Source of the DNA: Chlorokybus atmophyticus
Taxonomy: Eukaryota; Plantae; Mesostigma and Chlorokybus algae
Length of the DNA stretch: 64,000 nt
Direction of reading: 5' to 3'
NCBI GenBank assembly: GCA_009103225.1
Contig: RHPI01000638.1
Coordinates: forward strand, 62,001 to 126,000
The number at the start of each line of letters is the position of its first letter. Positions within the stretch are counted from its first letter, which is position 1. The translations under genes and the position numbers were made by a program. A model generated the notes under the pieces. It saw only the letters and a list, made by a program, of their open reading frames with translations, was not told where the DNA came from and made no database searches. Below are positions 38,701 through 50,663 of this stretch, in pieces.

Positions 38701-40778
38701 CCAACTCAGCTTCCCGTGCGCGCCTCTCGATATCCGCCAACTGAGTCTGATACTCGCTGAGTTCTTCCTTGAGTTGGGAGATATCTCTCTCCCTCTCCGC
38801 CAGCTGTGATTTGGTCTTGTCAGCAGAAGACAGAAGCGTTTTTATGAAACTGTCTCTCTCTACCAAGTGTTGGGTCAACTTAACAACTTGCTCATCCCTC
38901 TCTAGCAGCAGCCCTCTCACACTCTCTATCTCCTTCTCATTGTTGATAGTGTCCATTTGCACTTGACCAAACTTGTTACTAACAATTTCAAGCTCAGCCT
39001 CTCTGTCTCCCAGTCGTCTCCTCACATGCAACAACTCAAGCTCCCTCTCCTCCAGCTTGTTGTTCCCACCCTGTATCTCATTGCTGGCATCCTGCAACCT
39101 GATATTGGCATCCTCCAGCTTGTTGTTGGCGTCCTCCAGCTTGTTGTTGAGCTCCTCCAGCTTGTTGTTGGCGTCCTGTAACTCATTGTTGAGGTGTTCA
39201 AGCCTGTTGTGGGCCTCCACACCGGCAGCTTCAGCCGCCTCCCTCCGCCTCACCTCCGCTGCGAGAGCTTCCTCCTCCACTTTGAGCCTCTGTTGTTGCA
39301 ATGAGATGCGCACGTTTAGAACCAGTAACAACAACCTGGTGCAAGTCCCGCGTGATGCACATAGCCACACTCTACCTTTTGCAGTGCTGGCGAGAGGGAG
39401 CGTATGCCTTGATTGACTTCGTCTTTCTCCCCGTCCTCCTCCTCCTCTTCCTCTTCCTCTTGTTGTTGTTGTTGTTCAGGGTTGATGATAGTCTGTTCTT
39501 GTGGAGAGCGGTTTGTTGTGGTTGAGGTTGGGTTTAGCCCGGGTTGTTGCTGGTCGGCGGTGGAGCAGCTAGTGCGCGGGGAGAAGGCGTCGGGAAGGTC
39601 GGCGAGCCAATCGCGACAGCGCTGCTCGTTGCGCTCGCGCTGTGCACACATGAGTGAGTAAGTAAGGGAGTAAGGGAGTGAGGTTGTCTGTGTACGTACG
39701 CGCACGTGTGCATGCGTGCATCTGTTTGCGTGTGAAGACGCATGCACGCACGCATTCCCATGCACGTGCGTATGACAATGCTTGCATGCGTGCATGCCCG
39801 CATGCATGTGTGTGCATGCGCGCGCGCGCAGGTGCGTGCGTGTGCACGTTCACGTGTGCATGTTGATCAAGCTTCCCGACAAGCATCTGTGTTCACCTGC
39901 AGGACAATAAGTTGTCCGAGCGCCCTCGCCATCTCCTCCCTCTCCTCGTCCCTCTCCATCTCCACATCCCTCAACCTACCAACACCATCACCATCACCAC
40001 CACAACCACCACAACCACCACAACCACCACCACCACCACAACAACAACAACAACAACATCAACATCATCATCTCTTACCTGCGCAGTGCGTCATCGCGTT
40101 CAGCGCGTGCGGCCGCGAGCATGGCGTCCGTTCCACTGGCGTGCTTGGTGTTGTAGTTGGTGTTGCTATGTTGTTGTGTCGTTGTGGTTGAGCGTGCGGA
40201 TGAGACGGGACGACGCTCAAACATGATTGAACGCCTGCATGGGAATGAGAGAATGGAATGTTGTGTATCCTGACGTACGTGTTGATGTGTACATACAGAC
40301 CTACTCTTCTTTACCGCGTGCTTGTTACGGTGTCACCGTTGTTTGTTACTGTGTTATGTGTGTGTTGTGTCGTGGTTTCTAAGTACCCCGCATACGTCAC
40401 ATACAGAGCATGCCCGTTGTGACTTGAATGCATACATATTGTTGCATGTTACAACGGTACAGCAGAGTACTGTCATTCTCGTATCAACAAGTGCATGTGA
40501 AAGAAACAGAGGTGCATAGGCGTTGCTGATAACATTGAACAAGACTCAGGAGCAACAAAGAAAAACATATTGCTCCTTTCTCAACTCTATGCTACGTCAT
40601 CTCACCTTCCTGTGGGCGCATGAGGCAGTGTCTTATTGAGCTTGACATCCCCATTGCTGATAATGACATCCTCCGCCTTGTACGCTCTGTACTTCTCCTC
40701 GCCACCAACATTGTTGTTGTTGTTGTTGTGATGGGCGCCGCCGTCCATGTCCATGTACCCATCGCTCTCCTCCCGCAT
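35778..40778 (-). CDS. Large coiled-coil protein of unknown function, about 11 exons
   Basis: Long E/K/L/Q-rich heptad exons (about 38490-39290 and 37450-38390) linked by phase-consistent GT-AG introns from MREESDGY... to ...SQRLMLMRS*. Confidence 0.75.
37195..37330. repeat. Degenerate (GTATCT)n hexamer repeat in an intron
   Basis: gtatctgtgcagatacagat...ttgtatctgtatctgtgcccatacgtgtacctgtacatgtatctgtaaatatgtatctgaacgtacatctg. Confidence 0.7.
39043..39195 (-). repeat. Coding 21-bp tandem repeat, 7 heptads
   Basis: NNELQDA NNKLEEL NNKLEDA NNKLEDA NIRLQDA SNEIQGG NNKLEER. Confidence 0.9.
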
Positions 40779-41020
40779 CGCCACGTCACCTCCACATCAC
40801 GAGTGGCGGCGACAGCACTGTGTCAATAATAAACCCATTTTTGGATCAGATTTTCGCACAGCACGTGACGCAACGATATCGGTGTGCGTTGGTACTCTGT
40901 CTTCAAGTCGATATCAAAGTCACGTGGCCTGGCGCTTTGGACTGACACGGCGCAACCAGACCAGGCCGAAGCGGCGGCGGTGAAGGTGAAGGAGGAGGGA
41001 TGGAGAGGGTGTCCACGTCG
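40779..41020. promoter_or_regulatory. Putative compact bidirectional promoter (242 bp) with G-box-like CACGTG sites
   Basis: Lies between divergent ATGs at 40778 (-) and 41021 (+); gcacgtgacg near 40861 and gtcacgtggc near 40920. Confidence 0.45.
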
Positions 41021-41196
41021 ATGTCGGCAAGGGGGTTGTCGCCGCCGCGGACGGCGAGGAGGACGCACAGGTGAGCAATCAGGCTTGAATGCCGTGTGGT
41101 GCAATGACAGAGGTGTGTGATAGTTGGAGAGTGTGTTTAGGTAGTGGTACAATTGCTCTGATATGGGTGAGTAAGTATGTGTGCGTGTGCGTGTGC

Positions 41197-41277
<81 letters not shown>

Positions 41278-41602
41278 NNNNNNNNNNNNNNNNNNNNNNN
41301 NNNNNNNNNNNNNNNNNNNNNNNNNNNNNNNNNNNNNNNNNNNNNNNNNNNNNNNNNNNNNNNNNNNNNNNNNNNNNNNNNNNNNNNNNNNNNNNNNNNN
41401 NNNNNNNNNNNNNNNNNNNNNNNNNNNNNNNNNNNNNNNNNNNNNNNNNNNNNNNNNNNNNNNNNNNNNNNNNNNNNNNNNNNNNNNNNNNNNNNNNNNN
41501 NNNNNNNNNNNNNNNNNNNNNNNNNNNNNNNNNNNNNNNNNNNNNNNNNNNNNNNNNNNNNNNNNNNNNNNNNNNNNNNNNNNNTAAGAGAGCGAGAGAG
41601 AG

Positions 41603-41661
<59 letters not shown>

Positions 41662-44494
41662 GGGAGGGAGGGAGAGGGAGAGGGAGAGAGAGAGGAGAAA
41701 CAAAACTCTCTCTTTAACAGACATGGCGATGTGTCTGGGGACACTCTTGCCAGCGTTGCGTGGCGGTTTGTGCGCGAGACTCCGCTCGACAGATGGTCCT
41801 GGGACGATCCAAGACTCATCAGGGCCCTGGCACAGGTAGACAACGCAACAAGGCAAGGTCCTTACACGCATATACACGCACGCGCACGCGCAGGCGCTTA
41901 CGCTCTATATCATACGCTCACGCTCACGCACACGCTAACGCACGCGCACACGCACACGCACACGCGCACGCATACATACATCATGAGCGAGGTCAGCCTC
42001 CGATCCATCACGCGAGAAAGTTCACAACGAATTGAGATATGATAACCCTGCTTGTCTCCCAGCAAGCGACCTATGCGGCCGCACCTGCCGCGCCACCGTG
42101 GGTGGAGCAGGACAGGGAGGTCGGAGCGAACAAACAAGGTGATGGCGATGTCGACAACGAGGAGAACGACGGTGACGACAACGTGAAGGCAATATTCCGC
42201 GCTGCAGCGGAGCTCAATGTGAACGTGCGTGAGCACGCGACTGATCGCATCATATGCTTTGCAGTTGTGTGTTCCAATATGTGTCACCAAGCACGCTTGA
42301 GTTGAGACAAAAGTTCAACAAGTGTTTGGTAAGTTCTTGAGGGCGATTTGTGCATGGTTCAGGTAAATGGTTCGAGGGGACGAGAGTGTGATCACGATAG
42401 CGAGCCGGAGACGTCCACTTCCATGCACAAGTCACCCACTCGCAGTAAGCAAACCGGATTGCTTTTATGACGAAACACCAACAGTCACTCTTGTAAGATA
42501 TTGAAACATACTCTCTCGCCTTCAGGGTCCACGACGAGGACAAGCGGGCGGGCGTCGTCAACGCAGCGATACAACTACTCGCCGTGAGGACACTCCTCCG
42601 TCGCATTGTTTGCACACACGCACAGTATGTACTGATGTGCCAACCTGATACACCCCTCCTCGGGTCACATAGGTCATCGCTACTGGAAAGGCGCGCAACG
42701 GGCATGCAAGACAGGCAGCCAAGCATACGACCAGTAATAACAATAAATATAAGAATAAATATACTATATTATAAATATATTATTCCGTGATGCATGACAG
42801 TACACAGCGTGTGGTCCTTACCTATTGCATTCGTGCAGAGTATTTCCAAGCCGCTCAGCATTGCAACAGCGGACGGCGCACTAGGTACACACCTTGCAAA
42901 CCCATCTGCCTCCATGCAGTAGCGGCATGCTGATGAAAGCATGCGAACGTGACCCAAGAGTTTATGCAGTTGCTGGTTGTGTAGGTGATGAGGACGATGA
43001 CGAGTTTCGGCGGGAGTGGGAGGGCCGCAGCTTAAGGAATAGCAATGCAGGTACATGCTCTCTCTGTGCAAAACACACGTGCCTGCAATCACACACGCAG
43101 GCACACACTGGCACGCAAATGCACACGCGCGCGTGCACGCACAGACAGCGCTTTGGCTAGAACAGCAGCGGTGCTGGCACAAGTGCAGTTCTCTGCTCAA
43201 TGCACGCTTGCCGCGTGAGAGCCTCAACTACTACGCACAAGCAGCGTCTGTTGGCGGACACACGCCACATCTCCCCAACAACAAGAGCATACGTAACCAC
43301 CCTTTCCTTGCAGGCGAGACAGGAAACAACCCGGTGTCCCCGCTGTTTCTCTGGCGGCCGAGCGCCCGCGTGAAGCTGGCGACAGACATGCCGCCAGAAC
43401 TCCTGACCTCAGATACACCCGACCCGCACCTAATGCTCACAGGTGGGACACCAACATATGTAAGCACATGCTGAGGAGACTAGTGTGCATGTGGTGTGTA
43501 CTTACTGTTGTGAACTTGCCTCACAGGTGATGACAGGGACGGCGAGGCTTCCACGGTCCTGTCCTTGGGCCGGAGCAGGTCAGCAAGTTGTTGGTTATGT
43601 CTGCCACAAACCAACATAAGCATTTGCTCTCAACTGACCTGACTATGGTTTCGAGCAGCAAAAGGAGTCTTTCGGTCCCTCCCGACGTGGCTCATCAGAG
43701 GCTGATGACCGACCGCAGCCCCTCGACCATGGACGGCAACACACGCAGGCACCCGCGCCACAAAACAAAGGTGGTTGTCACACATGAACACAGTAGTGGT
43801 TGCGCCATGAGCTCATGAGGCCATCGTTTGTGGAATGGATGGCCTTGTATTGAGCTCATGTTGCAATCAGCGAGACTAACCTGCATGCATGTTTCACAGT
43901 ATGGTGCGTGGTACCTTCCAACAAAGCTCTGGCGGGCAGCTGCGACAGCACCGCTGACAGAGGCGCTCGTAAATCCATCGGCACAAAAAGCCCACTCGGA
44001 GGTTTGTGCATACTTGTACATGCAGGCATGCAGCCATGACAACAAGAGTTGAATCTAACAGCTCGCTTTGTGCAGGCGGCGGAACTGTCGGCATACGAGG
44101 AAACACTTGCAGCGCAGATTGTTCACCTTTACAGCTCAAAGATGTACAAGGTGGGTGCCCACGCAATTGTCACTCGTCGTCCCCATTCAGCGTGGGCTGA
44201 CCTGTCATTTCGTGCAGGAGTACATCAAACGTATGGGCCACCGCGTGCCTCATTACCTTCAGGAGGTTGAGAGCCCCAGTAAAGCCGCAGCCAAGCAGGT
44301 ACAGCTACCTTACAGTTGCTGGCCTGTCACAGGCGTGAAGGCCGCAGCACATGCACGCACACGCGCACATAAACGCACATGCATGCACGCAAGTTTGGTT
44401 GCTTGTGCAGGCTGGCGGTGGTTATGACGGAGATGACGACCCTTCAGATGCATTCAACCTGCCGCAGTTGACAGGCAAATCCCGCACGAGATGA
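41021..44494 (+). CDS. Multi-exon protein with a FAM47-like C-terminal motif; middle exons not fully resolved
   Basis: Exon 1 41021-41070 joins in phase to 41721 (VAWRFVRETPLDRWSWDDPRLIRALAQ). Terminal exons encode YGAWYLPTKLW...LAAQIVHLYSSKMYK|EYIKRMGHRVPHYLQ, resembling the FAM47 C-terminal YGAWYL..K.W / F.....G..MP motif as I recall it. Stop at 44492-44494. Confidence 0.6.
41201..41697. repeat. (GA)n and purine tracts flanking a gap (N 41278-41583) in intron 1
   Basis: Seen directly. Confidence 0.95.
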
Positions 44495-44667
44495 CAGACA
44501 CAACGGTTGCAGAGAGACAACAGGCATGTGTTGTTGTTGTGCCGGTATATTACAATGTACAACACAGCGGCGATGCTGTGTCTCATCTCAGATGCATTTC
44601 TGTGTCAGCTCTGCTCCCTGCAACATTCCTGTAATTAACTTGCAACTTCAACTAACGCCCGCCCAGC

Positions 44668-47055
44668 TCAAAGCTTTCTCAAATTATCCAACCGTGCCTG
44701 CAACACACATATTGTCACAAAAGGTCATGGAAGCCACAGGTGCATGCAACCGCACGCACACGTGCTCGCACACATACCTGTAAGTCCGAGTCAAGTCCAT
44801 CTGAGGAATCCCCAGGACCGTCCGCAGCCGCAGCGCTAATGCCACCTCCACCTCCCCCCCCGCCCCCGCCCCCCCCTCNNNNNNNNNNNNNNNNNNNNNN
44901 NNNNNNNNNNNNNNNNNNNNNNNNNNNNNNNNNNNNNNNNNNNNNNNNNNNNNNNNNNNNNNNNNNNNNNNNNNNNNNNNNNNNNNNNNNNNNNNNNNNN
45001 NNNNNNNNNNNNNNNNNNNNNNNNNNNNNNNNNNNNNNNNNNNNNNNNNNNNNNNNNNNNNNNNNNNNNNNNNNNNNNNNNNNNNNNNNNNNNNNNNNNN
45101 NNNNNNNNNNNNNNNNNNNNNNNNNNNNNNNNNNNNNNNNNNNNNNNNNNNNNNNNNNNNNNNNNNNNNNNNNNNNNNNNNNNNNNNNNNNNNNNNNNNN
45201 NNNNNNNNNNNNNNNCCCCGCCTCCGCCTCCGCCTCCGCCCGCCCCGCCGCCGCCACCACCACGGCCACCTCCGCCACCGCCATCTCCGCCACCACTGCC
45301 AAGAGCGCCCGCGGCAATGGCCTGCTGCTTCGCCGGTTGCGCAACGGCCGGCTTGTTGCCGGGTGCGGAGACGAGCTCTTGGTTGACAGATATGCCAATC
45401 TCATCCAAGACCTGAGACATTCAACATTGGTTGATAAGGGAGTGTAATGCGTACACTATAGCGTTGGTAAGCATGTTACAAGCATGTAACATCCTCACAT
45501 GTGACACAGTAGCCTGCAACCACTGCAAACCGGCTTTGTGTGTTAGTTTCACATTGCACACAGCGTGGAACACTTGCATGCTGGTGGTGTTGCTTGAATA
45601 GTGCGTTGGCTGAATAAGTATATGCCACATGCTGTATACCTGATTGACGAGCTCATCGGTCTCCTGCTCCTCCTCATCACCAGCAAGCGCATCATCAAGC
45701 GCATCGCCCATCATCTCCTCAGTCATCTCCATCTTCTCATTCTGCTTCTCAAACTCCCGCAAGATGTTCTGCACCCAAACGTGGACAATGGGTCACACCC
45801 GCACAACACATGAAGTGGTTGTCAAAAGCACACAAAGCACGAACATCTAATACATACACCAACACGTACCACGTGATTGCATTTTCGGCACAAACATGCA
45901 CATGCATGTGAATATACATGAACACAAGCACTCGTTGCATTGGCGTACTTGCAGCGCGGGAAGGTTGAGTTGGCGATTCATTGTGGACATGGCTTTGGTG
46001 ACGCCACGCATGGCTGAGGCCATGGCTTGCGTGGACTTGAGGGTTTGTATACGCAGGGAGACGCCTTGCAGCTGTGACTTGAGCGCGTAGAACTTGGTAA
46101 CGCTGTGGCGCGTCCTGATCAGGTCCTTTGCCATAACGCGCACCGCACCCATTTGATTCTGCTTCGCCATCTTCTTGATGTCCGCAACAATGCGCTTTTC
46201 CTGATGATGTGCGGGAGATAAATCAAGACTGTGCTAAAAGGCTTGATGATGCCAGTTATGTCTGAGCGTTTGTATATGAACATGCATGTAGGAATGAACA
46301 AAGTAACGAGTATGACAGAAATCAAAGGCCTGGTGAGCAAATATAAGAACTGTGAGCGAGACTCAAGGATGCTTACCTGAGTTTGCAAATTCATTCGCTC
46401 GCGGTCCAGCTCACGTATGCTTTTGTCAAGCATGCGCTTGTTCTCCCGCAGCAACTCTGCAAGTAAGAGACCATCTCTCAGCTGATGCCACTGCAGCTAA
46501 CACCGAAAAGGGCGCATGCATATCGTTCATGCATGCCTGAAGCCTTGCGCAGTCTGCATTGGTAGCAAACGGTGCACAGTTTATGCAGTGCCAGTCATTG
46601 TGATGCGTCCAAAGAACGCACAAAACCGTAATTACAAAGCCAACCACATAACCAAGCTATATCCCCATACTATTTGTATCTATGCAATAGACACTATGAC
46701 ACCCTGTCGACAATACTTGAAATTTTGGCCACTAAACCTTGTGTTGGTGTGGTTTCTGTTGCACTTGACATGAAATGCTGTCTTTGTATAGCTCTGATGT
46801 GACAGGGGAAAAGAGGGACAGTACTGGTAACCGAGAGAACAAGCATGTGATTCATACCCAAAGACGCAAACAATTGTCAAACCATGTAAGCAGCAAGCGG
46901 CAACTGTACTACATGCTAACCTCGTACTAATACCCTGCATGCGCATAGGACAATGACATCATACGCAAGCATGCAATCAAGCCAAAATTGGTGATCACGT
47001 CGATTAATTTCAGCTCACCAGCGGGAGTCTTCTTCTTCCCAAATATGAACGACAT
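44668..47055 (-). CDS. VPS2: ESCRT-III subunit VPS2/CHMP2A, 6 exons; a poly-Gly exon is interrupted by gap 44879-45215
   Basis: MSFIFGKKKTPAELLRENKRMLDKSIRELDRER..., MAKDLIRTRH, KSQLQGVSLRIQTLKS, FEKQNEKMEM, VLDEIGI, C-terminal DLQARLDNLRK (MIM motif). Confidence 0.95.
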
Positions 47056-47944
47056 GATGCCTCCCCTTTACGGTCAGCTCCACACTCTCCTGTTTGATGT
47101 GTATGCAGTGCCGCTAAGCACCAAGCAGCACCCCTTGAAAAGCCTTTAACGTGGTAGAAGCACACCCATGATCTAAGCCTTAACCCCAATACAGCCTGCT
47201 ATACTGCAACCCTCTGGCCTGGTTGATGGCGTCAGCAGCTCCGCTATTGCGAAGGCGGCGAGCGCAAACCAAGCTGTCGCAAGCTTCAGCCGAAGTACCT
47301 GTCCTGATCGGCTTCCCCACCAGCTCAACGCCACCTCGTCCTCCGCCGCCTCCTCCTCCTTCTCCGCCGCCCGTACCAACGACGCTGCAGCTAAGTACAA
47401 GTAGCTCCACCTAGCAGATTGCCACGTGTCGACAAACGGCCATTGAGCATGAAACAGGGCTGCCGCATGCAGATTGCGACGCCGGTACAGTTTGCCTTTG
47501 CTGTAATCATATTCTCTCAGTAGTGACAAATTACTGCACAACTGTGTTACATGACGCAAATTCACACCACTACGATGACGATTACACACCATGGACAATC
47601 CGTGCTAGTAGAGAGCATCCCTATAGCAAGGGCAATAGATGTACAATCCATTGATTACGGTTACGGTATACCTGGCCACGGACCACCTGTTACTACATGA
47701 TGGTAAGAACATGTCAATGTGATGATCAATTTTGAGCAAAGTTATTGCATAGCATTATTCAACTCTTTGTCAACGGGTCATGCATGTCATATGCATTATA
47801 TATTTTCATACTCATATTTTCGTTACATTACATTCTTATGGCAGGTGACAGAGTGTCACTATGTAGCATTAATGCGTTATAGCAAACATTGAATATCATA
47901 TCGAAAAAAAAACACCTCCGTGTAATGAGAATATGTCTTTCATT

Positions 47945-48030
47945 ACATATATGGTTGTACGGCACAAATAATATGCAGCTCCACCCAGCGACCTTTGCTG
48001 CCATGGCCTAGTGGTTAAGGCGTTGTGATC
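47945..48030 (+). repeat. Repeat A with a tRNA A-box-like motif; homolog at 49779-49870
   Basis: acatatatggtt...gacctttgctgccatggcctagtggttaaggcgttg vs acatatatggtt...gacttttgctaccgaagcgtagtggttaaggcactg. No B-box. Confidence 0.7.
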
Positions 48031-48142
48031 AACATAATCAAAGTATTTTGTATGCGGTCATTTTCTTTTGCGCTCTTGACACATTCAGGTAGCGTATCTG
48101 GTACGGTAGTGCTCGTACAGCACCCGTATCCATGACAACTTT

Positions 48143-48340
48143 CGTCCGACAGAATAATTGTAGGTTTGGTTTAACGTGGTTTGGTGATTTTTAATGCATT
48201 GTTTTAATAAATTTATGTAACACTGATCAAGCATATTAAAACGAACACATTAAATCGGATGCAATGTACACAATGGCGCACGTTGTGAGCACACATTACT
48301 TGAAATGGATGGTAATAAGCAAGTCATCAATTCTGTAAAA
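48143..48340 (+). repeat. Repeat B, ~200-bp diverged direct repeat (LTR-like), left copy
   Basis: Aligns by eye with 49579-49781: gacagaa, tttggttta(a/g)cgtgg, aagcatatt(a/g)aaacgaac, gtgagc, taagcaagtcatc. Confidence 0.8.
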
Positions 48341-48699
48341 GTTTTTCAAATTAATTACTTCATAAGATATTTTTCGCTGCTGACAGGCCTAAAACCTTGA
48401 CAAGGTTGACAAGGCACAGGAAATCAAGCAAAGAAGTCGTCCTTATCATGATAATGATTACACGCTCTGCAAAACTGTTTTGATAATTCTAACAATGTCC
48501 CCATGCCTATAGCCATCAGCGCCTTACATATGCTTTTCCCTTCTAACCTTCCTGTTGGTTAGGAGAAGCGCACCTGCAGGCGTGTATAGGCGCACGTTGT
48601 TATTAAAGAGGTCGCGTTTGCTAATGGCGATCACCATGATCGATGGCATCGTGGATACGATGAGGCTAAAACAGCTGCAACCCGTCGGCGCGCCGGACG

Positions 48700-49350
48700 G
48701 CACGCTGAACACCTTTAACTTCAATGGTTTGCAGGATTTTGGCGACAAAAGAATGATGTATACTCTCTTGCAGCGCGGCACTTTGCTGCCAAACAACCGA
48801 GCCTTCAGCAGATCTTTATAATCTCAAAAACACGCCAATATAAATACTATTTGCGCGCCATGATATAGATGACATATGTCATCTATATCACGCTTCCAAG
48901 CGTCGCGCTCGTCGTTTTTAACAAACGTGAGGTCACGCAAAGTCAGGTCACAGCTGTCCTCGAACTCTTCACGTGCCTTCAATGTTACGGGCCACTTATT
49001 TCCCAGAGGGGCCACTCTGGGAAATAATTGTTTAGTCTGGCCTTGAGCGCGTGTTTACATACTTGACCTATAACATCGAAACAGAAGCCACGCAAGCCCG
49101 TCAGTTCTCCATATATGGCGCCCTGCAGGTTTTTCAGGCCATGCAAAGCCTGCAGTTGTAGGGCCTACGACATTCGTGCAGGATGCGGTCTGTTGGTGTT
49201 GATATCTACCATCCTTTTGTTGATGTCGTTCATGGCGTGTACAAGAAGTCGATGTCGTCTGTAGTAGCTTTCATCCTCGTGTCAAGCGTGTCGGTAAATT
49301 GCGTAAACCACGCGGGTGTTTTTGTGGACCACACATTCAGCATAGGGTTC
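48700..49350 (-). pseudogene. Degenerate gene resembling a HET (heterokaryon incompatibility, PF06985-like) domain
   Basis: YAIYRHA*HEDE (cf. YAILSHTW..E), LRDLTFVKNDERDAWKRDIDDICHLYHGAQIVFIL (cf. W.D..CI.......EI..M..IY..A..V), then after a shift ALQES (cf. WTLQE). Three in-frame stops (49284, 49167, 48826) and frameshifts. Confidence 0.45.
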
Positions 49351-49578
49351 GGGTCAAATCGGTCAAATCAGGCACTGTTAAAACAACTTATTACTAATTA
49401 ATATTAATACTTGCAAGCATGACACATGCCTTACCGGCGTTTTCGTCGTTGCCGCCGGGTTGAGCCCATATGCATGTTAACTTTTGGGTCAACATTTCCA
49501 CAGATTAATCAGTTTGTTTCTGCTTAATTTATGTATTACATTATTCAGGAAAAATGCATCGGAATCAATGATGACTTA

Positions 49579-49781
49579 TGTCTGACAGAAGGATCGTGGC
49601 TTTGGTTTAGCGTGGCTTTGTAATCAATTAATGCAATGCACCTTTACAATCAACTTATATCATACTAATAAAGCATATTGAAACGAACTCAATGATTTAG
49701 ATACAATGTATAAATGTCGCATGCAGTGAGCGCACAATTTATGAATTGGACGATAGTAAGCAAGTCATCGATGATGTAACA
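49579..49781 (+). repeat. Repeat B', right copy, bounded by TG...CA
   Basis: Starts tgtctgacag and ends gatgtaaca; homologous to 48143-48340. Confidence 0.8.
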
Positions 49782-50404
49782 TATATGGTTATGGGACATA
49801 TATGGGGCATGTGGCTCCCCCTATGGCAGAGACTTTTGCTACCGAAGCGTAGTGGTTAAGGCACTGATGTTACAAATGACTTGCTTACTACCGTCCATTT
49901 ATAGATATTATGGAAGATTTGGTTATATATTACTATTTAAATTATGTATGATACATGTTACAGATGAAGGCTGAATGCATTTTAAGACGCTCGAGCAACA
50001 GGAAACAATCAACGGCGTTCGTTGATTACAAACACATGCGTGCCATAAGCACGAGGTGGCATTGGACAACCCTCTCCTTTAAAGGTTTTATTGCATAATT
50101 GACCAGCTTTACACCTGATAGTTACCACTCGTTTTAACAGCATTCCAATCTGCCTAGGAGGTCTGCAATGAATATATCGTCTAAACAAGCTGCGCCAATG
50201 CATGCGTCAACAAATCATACAATGTACAATACCATAGCTATGCGTCGCTTATATAAGACATACGTATATGACAAACTTTCCCTTCACGGCGCGGAGTTCC
50301 AGGCTCTTTCTTGGACATTGAATGCAGTCCATGACATTCCGCGATGTATATGACAAACACTGGCACGATGCATGTTTCCAACGCTACTTATGAATAGTTC
50401 GTGG

Positions 50405-50407
<3 letters not shown>

Positions 50408-50467
<60 letters not shown>

Positions 50468-50481
50468 CTCTCTCTCTCTCT
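50408..50481. repeat. (CT)n microsatellite
   Basis: Seen directly. Confidence 0.97.
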
Positions 50482-50663
50482 TGTGCGTGCGTGCACACGC
50501 GTGTGCGTAAATGCGAACACATAAACATCGTAGTAGTGTACAATGAGACGGGGACGAACAACAATAACGTGAAAGGCGTGATGTCCTCAATGCAGTTCAA
50601 TATCATAATGACTCAATGTCAATAAAACATTTTTGCAGAGCTAGTCTCATCAAGCAGTGTCCC

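Noticed and set aside
40823-41152. 109-aa minus-strand ORF upstream of the coiled-coil gene
   Set aside because: It overlaps exon 1 of the plus-strand gene antisense and the promoter; no ATG context or family support.
47998-48040. tRNA gene (TGGCCTAGTGGTTAAGGCG); also 49845-49870 and 8000-8065
   Set aside because: Only an A-box or only a B-box is present and no cloverleaf can be formed.
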